Shown here: positions 53,547 through 61,862 of the stretch, piece after piece
Numbering within the stretch: position 1 is the stretch's first letter
Layout of the letters: every line of letters begins with the position of its first letter
NCBI RefSeq assembly: GCF_001194135.2
Contig: NC_068985.1
Span: 95,245,145 to 95,307,006, forward strand
Source: Octopus bimaculoides
Taxonomy: Eukaryota
Length of the DNA stretch: 61,862 nt
Reading direction: 5' to 3'
The notes under the pieces: generated by a model
The model's input: the letters and a program-made list of their open reading frames with translations, nothing else
Database searches by the model: none
Told to the model about the DNA's origin: nothing
Position numbers and translations under genes: made by a program

Positions 53547-55753
53547 TAGTTATCTCCAAGTCAACATGGCAATCCAGAATATAGGACGAATCCTGCCTTG
53601 ATTAGCTTCAAGGGGTCATCGTCTCTAGCTAGCTATGTGACACACGAACCTGTGTCCATTATAACATTCGCACAGGGGACGTCAACCGCTTCCCTTGTTG
53701 GTCTGGCATCCAGAGTCTACTTTCAGGGTGTTTGCTCCTTATCAATGCAGAGCAGCCGAGATACATACGTTCCCATATATCTTTGCTTATATGTCCGTGT
53801 GTGTGCATGCGTTGCATTGGGTATTTGCATAAGATATTTTGGTACTACATCAATATTTAGATATACAGTAATCGGCTTAATATCTGCAATACATTGTGAA
53901 ATACTTCAAATTCAAACCTGTATCAGTTGTATGTGTAACATACACCGGAAACATTACTTCTCTTAACACAGTTGTCACGTCATTGTTTTTGAATTTTCAA
54001 CTATTCTATAGTTGTAGTGGCGAGCTGCCATACATGAAGATGCAAGAGAAATATATGGAATTTTATACAAGGGTTGTTAGTTATAGATTCGTGTATATGA
54101 ATGTAGACTGTTGCACTCTTTAATCTAGTTATTGGAACTGAATTATCAAATATTACAAGAAGATATAATCAAATTTCCATTTGTAATCGTTTTAAATCGA
54201 TTCTTTGAAATGCATTATATATTTTTTTTAAACACCACCGTTACCGGCTATATGCATTGCATCCTTTAATATAATTTATACTTAGAATAAATGAAACTTT
54301 ATAGTTAGGAAGCTCAAAATGTTTATCTGATAATCTATATTAACTATAAGAAGATTATGGATGTCGTTTCCTATGCTATACATCATCACAGCTTATATTG
54401 ATTTATCTGAGCTTGGTGTTAAAACAATGACTTGCAGCACGTCTCGGTTTAGAGAATTTCGATAGTATATCGAAGTATTCAGTCGATAAAATATAAAACG
54501 TTAATTAAATGTAAGCATATTTCATAGTAGCAGTTATCTTTCTCATAACAGGTAACTTTAATTTGAAATATGTGTTTCTGAACTATTGGATAGGAAGCCG
54601 TGAAGGGTTCAGTATCTAGTAGTGGTGGTGCGTCTGCTATGAGTCACATACTATATAAACAGAGAACACTATTCGGATCTTTTTTAAAACGGGGGCCACA
54701 TTTTTCATTAACGAAACACTTTGAAACTTGGAACACTGGTAGAATGTGTCATATAAAACATCTTTTTCTCTTAGTCTTCTTAAAAAAAAAGAAATCCATA
54801 AGTTATTCCATGTTAAAGTTGTATTTCTGTAATTTCAACCAATCACTGACGTCCATTCAGCCGATATACATTAAGTGCCGACTACATAAACAAACGATTC
54901 TGAAACAATTAACCCTAACCNNNNNNNNNNNNNNNNNNNNNNNNNNNNNNNNNNNNNNNNNNNNNNNNNNNNNNNNNNNNNNNNNNNNNNNNNNNNNNNN
55001 NNNNNNNNNNNNNNNNNNNNNNNNNNNNNNNNNNNNNNNNNNNNNNNNNNNNNNNNNNNNNNNNNNNNNNNNNNNNNNNNNNNNNNNNNNNNNNNNNNNN
55101 NNNNNNNNNNNNNNNNNNNNNNNNNNNNNNNNNNNNNNNNNNNNNNNNNNNNNNNNNNNNNNNNNNNNNNNNNNNNNNNNNNNNNNNNNNNNNNNNNNNN
55201 NNNNNNNNNNNNNNNNNNNNNNNNNNNNNNNNNNNNNNNNNNNNNNNNNNNNNNNNNNNNNNNNNNNNNNNNNNNNNNNNNNNNNNNNNNNNNNNNNNNN
55301 NNNNNNNNNNNNNNNNNNNNNNNNNNNNNNNNNNNNNNNNNNNNNNNNNNNNNNNNNNNNNNNNNNNNNNNNNNNNNNNNNNNNNNNNNNNNNNNNNNNN
55401 NNNNNNNNNNNNNNNNNNNNNNNNNNNNNNNNNNNNNNNNNNNNNNNNNNNNNNNNNNNNNNNNNNNNNNNNNNNNNNNNNNNNNNNNNNNNNNNNNNNN
55501 NNNNNNNNNNNNNNNNNNNNNNNNNNNNNNNNNNNNNNNNNNNNNNNNNNNNNNNNNNNNNNNNNNNNNNNNNNNNNNNNNNNNNNNNNNNNNNNNNNNN
55601 NNNNNNNNNNNNNNNNNNNNNNNNNNNNNNNNNNNNNNNNNNNNNNNNNNNNNNNNNNNNNNNNNNNNNNNNNNNNNNNNNNNNNNNNNNTATATATGTA
55701 TATATATATACATATATATATATACATACATGCATACATACATATATATACAT

Positions 55754-55784
<31 letters not shown>

Positions 55785-55883
55785 AATTAAAAATCCAGTT
55801 CTATATTTAAGAGATGAGGAATTATTTGCATTATTTACATTATTTACGTTTGACGGATATTTGTCCTCATCTTGTGTGTTGTT

Positions 55884-55929
55884 AACACTACGTTTCGGCT
55901 GATATACCCTCCAGCCTTCGTCAGGTGTC
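55884..55929 (-). ncRNA. Minimal type I hammerhead ribozyme, core intact
   Basis: GACAC-CUGACGA-A-GGCUG(gaggguauau)CAGCC-GAA-ACGU-A-GUGUU. It has a complete CUGANGA/GAAA/UH core, a 5-bp stem I, a 5-bp stem II and a palindromic ACGU stem III. Confidence 0.8.
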
Positions 55930-55991
55930 TTGGCGGAAATTTTGAACCTGGGTTCTCATTCCTAACGATGTTACTATTATTATATTATTAT

Positions 55992-56058
55992 GGCGTAGTG
56001 GTTAAGAGCGCGGGCTACTAACCCCAAGATTCCGAGTTCGATTCACGGCAGCGACCTG
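55992..56058 (+). promoter_or_regulatory. tRNA-derived SINE head with internal Pol III A and B boxes (not a functional tRNA)
   Basis: A box TGGCGTAGTGG (55991-56001), anticodon-like arm gggCTACTAAccc, B box GTTCGATTC. No proper acceptor stem; runs into (AAT)n. Confidence 0.75.
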
Positions 56059-56141
56059 ATTAATAATAGTAATAATAATAATAATAATATGATAATAGTA
56101 ACATCGTTAGGAATGAGAACCCAGCTTCAAAATTTCCCCAA

Positions 56142-56187
56142 GACACCTTTCGAAGGCTGGAGGGTATATCAGCCGAAACGTTGTGTT
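56142..56187 (+). ncRNA. Minimal type I hammerhead ribozyme, core mutated (CUUUCGA), predicted inactive
   Basis: GACAC-CUUUCGA-A-GGCUG(...)CAGCC-GAA-ACGU-U-GUGUU; G5 and A6 of the catalytic box are substituted. Confidence 0.7.
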
Positions 56188-56257
56188 AACAACCAACAAG
56201 TTGAGGACAAATATCCGTCAAATGTAAATAATGTAAATAATGTAAATTAAAAATCAT

Positions 56258-56335
56258 TTGCATTCTGGGGCCGATCTAATCGACTGGCCCCCTACCCCAA
56301 AATTTCAGGCCTTGTGCCTGCAGTGGGAAAGATTC
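56258..56335 (+). mobile_element. SINE family 'B' 3' fragment
   Basis: ctggggccgatctaatcgactggcccc...aatttcaggccttgtgcct matches the B tail variants. Confidence 0.55.
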
Positions 56336-57793
56336 ATAAGAAAGAACAAATTTTGAACATAACATATAAAAGAAGGATTTCCAACATCTTACTTCGCCAA
56401 AATAGATGGTTGAGGAAAAGTCTGAAAGTATAAATATAGGACCTGATGTCACTCCTTAATTTTCATGAATAGATTCAACAAGATATCATTTGGACCATGT
56501 GGCATACGTTTCAAATCGACATCAATGTTTAACATCAACGCCTTCATAAAATAGACCCTTACAATCGGATGAAAGTTGGAGTGAAAAATAACAATGATTT
56601 GTATGTGACATTATCCGCACATAAGGTTAGCGAAAGTTACATCGTTATATGCAGAGAAATGTCAAGAAATAAAAATAGAACATGTAAACTAAATAATGAT
56701 AGATGTTTACTAAAGTAAAGAACAGAAAACGTTCATGGAAAATAATGACTTTGAGAACGCATAAATCACAAGCAACCATAAAACCTGTAGAACAATGTAA
56801 AAATAAACGTAAATAATCCAAACCTTAGAAGAGCTGTATAATATAGTGTAACAGAATCAGATGAGAAACACGAGAAAATATAAAAATAAAAACGAATATT
56901 TGACAATGCACATTTCTAAATATAGAATTAAAAATAGAAATTGATAATCTAACGACTAAAACAGTAACAGAATTTAAGAAAGAATAAATCCTTCGGTGAA
57001 GAAAGGAAGGCACATGCAAAAGATAAATCACAAAAGAAAAATGAAGGAACCACAATATGATATACTACAAAAATCACAAGAAGTAACCAGGTAGAAACCA
57101 GAAGACTATGATGGCTATCAATATCCCAAGACCAAAGTAAACAAGATAATATATACAGAGATTACTGCAGCTGAAAAGGAAACAGTTTGCTCCAAAAGAT
57201 TCTTCATATATAATTTCCAAAACTTAAACAAAAATAATTCATATAAGAAGTTAAAAAAAAAATTACGAAATCTCTTAAGAACTAATACAATACATAATGA
57301 TGGAAAAGAACTGGAAATATTGGCGAAGTCAAAGCAAGAGACATGTATTTGACAAACTATATATTAGTATCCTAGAACAAAGAACACCTGAAGAATGTAA
57401 TCATTTATAGTGTGGTGCTACATAACAAGGCAAAAACCATAAATTTTTGTCACCGCCATTCTCAGCTTAACAGACATTGTAGCCGGGCAAATATCTGCTG
57501 TTGTTATTTTCATTTTCTTCATTATCATCTTCTATTTCATGTCTGTTTTTCGTTTTGACGTTCTTCGGTGACGAAATGTTATAGGAATTAGATTAAATAC
57601 TACAAAATACAATAAAAACGACCGGGAAGAGGTGTGAGGACCAGAATGGAAAGCAGTTTATTCTGTGAAGGGGAATGATTGGAAAAACGAAGAAAGACTT
57701 CTAGGATTCTTAGAAAGCGAAAACAACGATCAGAAAGATGGTTTGACAACAATAAAAGAAACGAATGATAAAAAGGAACCGAGACATAATAAA

Positions 57794-58170
57794 ATGAACA
57801 ATGTAGCTTAAACTTTCTTTCTTTTCATAATATATTCTACATAGTGGCGAATCAGTGCTTTTAAGAAATGGCACCTGGTGTAATTCGTTGTTAGAGCCTG
57901 TGCATGACTGATGCAAACGAATGCCTCGGTGAATTCTTTTAAGTCATCCCTCATCAAGCATTGCCAAGTCTTTTTCAGTGAGTTTCATATTTACCCTTGA
58001 AGAACTGACTGACTGCACATGTTCTTGTCACGCAAAGCTTTCTTCATTTGTTTTTCTTCTGGTCTTTCGTAAATAGTTTTAAGTCTACCTCATCATTCAC
58101 TGTTAAGCTTTCTTGCATTTTTACTGCTTCCAACATTTCTTTTTCACCAGTGTTGAGTTCAGTTTTGAAG
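57794..58170 (-). mobile_element. R4/Dong-like LINE, region preceding and including a decayed CCHC zinc knuckle
   Basis: With frameshifts: EKEMLEAVK...KKTWQCLMRDDLKEFTEAFVCISHAQALTTNYTR...TDSPLCRIYYEKKESLSYIV. This resembles KTWxWLxxGDLKxETEALIxAAQEQALRTNY...DSPLCRxCxEKxESVxHI. Confidence 0.75.
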
Positions 58171-61100
58171 GATTATATTGGGTATAATAACGAAAAATTA
58201 TTATCTGAGGCAACATATATGGAAGTCTTCCCTGAAACGGTGAAAGAATTGAAAGCAGGAAAATATACGGCGCTAGTTAAAGTAAGGAAAAATGAGTAAA
58301 TGGTGAATCCATTCAATACAGTTTGGAAGCTGCAATAGTTGTGGATGAGAGATCGGAATTTGGAAAACAGAATGGTAATGAAAGCCGCTTCAAAAGTTCA
58401 TAATTAGGATTAATTTGATACATACATGTATTAAAAAAACTCCTTGGATCAAATACAGATTTTATGACCAGAAACGGAAATAAGAATGTACATGTTCTCC
58501 CGTTCTTCAGCGAGTCCAGTTACCTAGCATATATAGTAGAAACAATTGATACGGAAGATAGGTTATGTAACTCGTACACACAGATACACGGACACACACA
58601 CAGACACCCACGCATACACATACACAAACTCACACACACACACACACACACACACACAATATAAATATACAGCTAATAGTGATATTTACACACACACATG
58701 TAGATATATGATTCCTCTTACCTTTTCCGTTATATTGTATTCCATTTTTGTCTTGTGACTGTTGATACGAGACATTATTTATTCAGGCAAGATACTACAT
58801 CTGAAAGAGAGGAGAAAAATTGTCGATTGTAGCGTTGGGTTTTAAGAGACACAAATATCTGGTATATATGTCTTCTTGCTTTAAAATTTATCATTGAATT
58901 TTCTTTTTCGCATATCATTTTTTTGGCAAAAGTGTACAATTTAGCCAAGCCCATCAGACAGGAGACTTGCTTATTACTCAGTGATCTTATATACGAAATA
59001 GTTACTTGGATTTCTATAATCTATATAAAACATCGTGCTAATTTTGAAGACATTGAAAGTATAGAAGAATATGCTTTGATAAGGTTAAACGCAATCGTTT
59101 TTATTCTTTCTCATTCCGGACATTTCTAAATGAAATTATTGTCCAAAAATATACTCGTTTCAAAATATATCTCAAATTCAATTGATTTTTCTGATACATG
59201 TTATAATGTGCTTTTTTGCCTCCGTTAGTTTTTGATTCTTCATAGTTCCTGTATTTGGTTTAGCTGAAACATGGACCACGTGTTCATTTTATACAATAAC
59301 TAAAGAAAATGTGTTCGCTGTTGAAAGCAGCCTTTTAAACATCCATAAATCGTCATTCGATTGTCGCGCTGTGTTTCCTGTTGAATTTCGTCTGTACATC
59401 GCTTTACCGATTTCTGTAATAACATTTTATATAAGTGCAACTCTATTCTGCTTTTGTGATTGCCATACACATTCGGTACTAAGAATGCATTTCAATTTAT
59501 CATCCTTTGGACCATTGACCATTTAAAACGTTCCTAAATAATCATTCAGTTGAAATATCCATGGAAAATCGATTTTGTGTGAAAAATATTTACATGGCAC
59601 TAAATACATTAGGAATTACTCATTACATATCCATCACCTTTTAGAAACAAATTCCAGCATTCCGTTTTTAATTCAATTAAATTTTCATGATGTTATATTT
59701 ATTACAACGTCTTCACCCTTCAATGAACTATAACTAGCAATAAACTGTGGCCAAACCAAGTCATTACAATAAAAAGAACATAAATAATTCTGGAGCCTAT
59801 AGTAAGTCATGCTTGCCTGTCTGTATTTTATTAATCCTTAACCACCATTTTATTGTAAGTTAGTTGAATGCCACAGTGCAACACTGAACTCTCTGATTGA
59901 AATGAAATTTTGTTTATATACTTATTTGCTTTGGTATTTCATTTTATCAATTGCAAAGGATTCAATATTTTTCTGGGCACCATAGCGGAGCGTTTCAGCT
60001 ATTTGTTTTCCTTTTGTTGTCACCTACCGTTATATCTATCTCCCAAGCTGCTAAAAACTGATCTGACAAACAGAAATGCATTTTTCTCTCTTCTATGTAT
60101 CTCTGTTGGCATGAATATTTGCTGGGTTCTTTTTTTTATTTCCGGGAGACAAAATTGATATTTTTAACACAAAATACAAAAAAGAAAAAAAACCTCTAAA
60201 TGTTTCTATACGGTACACAAGTTCGGCGGAAAAAACAAAACAAAACAAAAAAACAGACGACAAAGACACCTGCATTTTACAAGTTTATAGGTCTCTGAAT
60301 AGACAACATAAGGTAGGTAGCGGAAACGATGATGGTAATTGAGGAAAAAAAAGAGACAGTAAAATATTAGCTACACCATAATACCACTACTATTTGCGTA
60401 AATACACTGGAAGCAATGTAATGGCTTTGTAAAATGGGGGAGATTTCAGCCACGCTTCGTACATACCAATCACTCTATGCAACCACTGCTGTCTATGAAT
60501 TAATCTTCCACTAACAAAACCCTTTCATACAGATTTAATCATCTACCGAAATACTTGGCTTGCATTACCTATGCTTTTGGCGTATATTCATTTTTATTTT
60601 TAATATTTTCCATAACATTCTTTACCTTCCCAATGGCCTCGTGGATATAATATTCATTCAGACTTTTCACATTATTCACAACTTCAAGGTCGTTATGTCA
60701 TTGCTTTAGCTAAATGAATAGAAGCACATATTATGAAAGCGAATACAGCTATTCACTTTTCACTCACTATATCTATTTCACCAGATTCCTTTTCTATTTC
60801 TATTAAGTATAGTATCGATTACTTTGCAATTACAAACGCCATTCCTACATTAAAAACTGTTTCTAAATGTTAGAAAAGTACACGAGTGATTACTCGTTCA
60901 ATGAATCGATATTACAATTTTAAATTTGGGAGTTGTTGATGTTGCTACAATTAATGTGAGCAACTTTACGAAGAATTGAACATTCCAGTAGCATTGTGTA
61001 TTGGTTTGTGTGCGTGTGCGAGCATTTGAGTTTGTGTTTATTAGACTCCTTCTAACAAAGTATGATATTGATGTATATTAAATACGAGTATTATGAAATC

Positions 61101-61466
61101 TGAGAAGTAATAATATAGCTTTAAGCATATAACCTCTTGCCATATTATAGCCTCAAACATATAACTTCTTGCGATATATTATGGATATTTATAAAATGTT
61201 CATAATACATCAGACGTCACTAATGTCATTCAGAAGTCATAAAATGTCATTTCCGACTAATAACAACACTAACGGTTGCAGCTGCTTACGTTTGGTGCGT
61301 AACAATAACTAATACGTAGAATGTAGTAAAGTCCGCTTGTATCAATTCATGACTCATAGATTCATAATTTTTATATAATCCGTGTGTAAATTTATACTGT
61401 ATGCTGATCTCTAAGCATTCTGACACTTCACAGTAACTCTCAGCACTATCCTTGTTAAATAATTGT

Positions 61467-61600
61467 TTCTATTATAGGCACAAGGCCTGAAACTTGGGGG
61501 ACGGTGCTAGTCGATTACATCGACACCAGTGCGGCACTGGTACTTAAATTATCGATTCCCAAAAGATGAAAGGTAAAGTCAACTGAGTTCAAATTCTGCT
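61467..61600 (-). mobile_element. SINE family 'B' fragment
   Basis: ggcacaaggcctgaaa...gtcgattacatcgac.ccagt...ctggtacttaa...gatgaaagg is the reverse complement of the B body and tail. Confidence 0.6.
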
Positions 61601-61627
61601 GGGAATCTATAATTGCTCACGGTCATA

Positions 61628-61699
61628 TAGCGTAGTGGTGAAGTGCTGGGGCTACTAACCCCACTATTCGTAGTTCAATTCCAGGCAGTTTCTTGAATA

Positions 61700-61770
<71 letters not shown>
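61628..61770 (+). mobile_element. Second copy of the tRNA-derived head of the 55.9-kb element followed by a long (AAT)n; no hammerhead body follows
   Basis: TAGCGTAGTGG A box, tggggCTACTAAcccca arm, GTTCAATTCC B box, then (AAT)n 61696-61770. Confidence 0.7.
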
Positions 61771-61862
61771 GAATAATAGCACCGGGCTGAATAACAACAT
61801 GGATGTGCTACACCGGGCTCCCTATACAAAAACATATCTAATCCAATAACATCGATGGAATT

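Larger units (their letters stand above)
55796..56242 (+). mobile_element. Palindromic retroelement insertion: inverted 3' segment + tRNA-derived head + (AAT)n + hammerhead-bearing body, bounded by a 13-bp direct repeat
   Basis: TAAATTAAAAATC at 55783-55795 and 56243-56255. Arms 55824-55980 and 56092-56247 are inverted repeats with 9 substitutions and 1 indel. Confidence 0.85.

Noticed and set aside
55992-56058. tRNA gene with ACT (Ser) anticodon, here and at 61628-61695
   Set aside because: No closing acceptor stem or terminator, and both run into (AAT)n. They are SINE heads.
56340-57340. Strongly A-rich plus strand suggesting a very old LINE ORF
   Set aside because: No translatable motif could be recovered.

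Overview
Animal genomic DNA, AT-rich and repeat-dense, from a draft assembly with 13 N-runs, almost all bordered by microsatellites. The SINE and microsatellite landscape looks cephalopod (Octopus-like); that assignment is an inference from repeat families, not a database result. I found no host protein-coding exon, true tRNA, rRNA or CRISPR array. Nearly all ORFs in the supplied track are artefacts of microsatellites or N-runs. Recognisable content: four decayed R4/Dong-like (restriction-like endonuclease, REL) LINE fragments, two RTE-clade LINE fragments, one full-length but dead Tc1/mariner element with DD41D spacing, two 5' ends of a DD34D-type mariner, and many tRNA-derived SINEs of about four families. 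The most interesting signal is RNA structure. At 55783-56255 a 13-bp direct repeat (probable target-site duplication, TSD) encloses a palindromic unit of two ~157-bp arms at ~94% identity. Each arm carries a minimal type I hammerhead ribozyme (one intact, one mutated), and a tRNA-derived Pol III promoter lies in the loop. This suggests a tRNA-headed, hammerhead-carrying non-autonomous retroelement with Penelope-like integration geometry. A second, unrelated hammerhead-bearing module occurs three times (24.4, 41.7 and 50.3 kb) with covarying stem II. A decayed HDV-like fold may mark the 5' end of one RTE copy.
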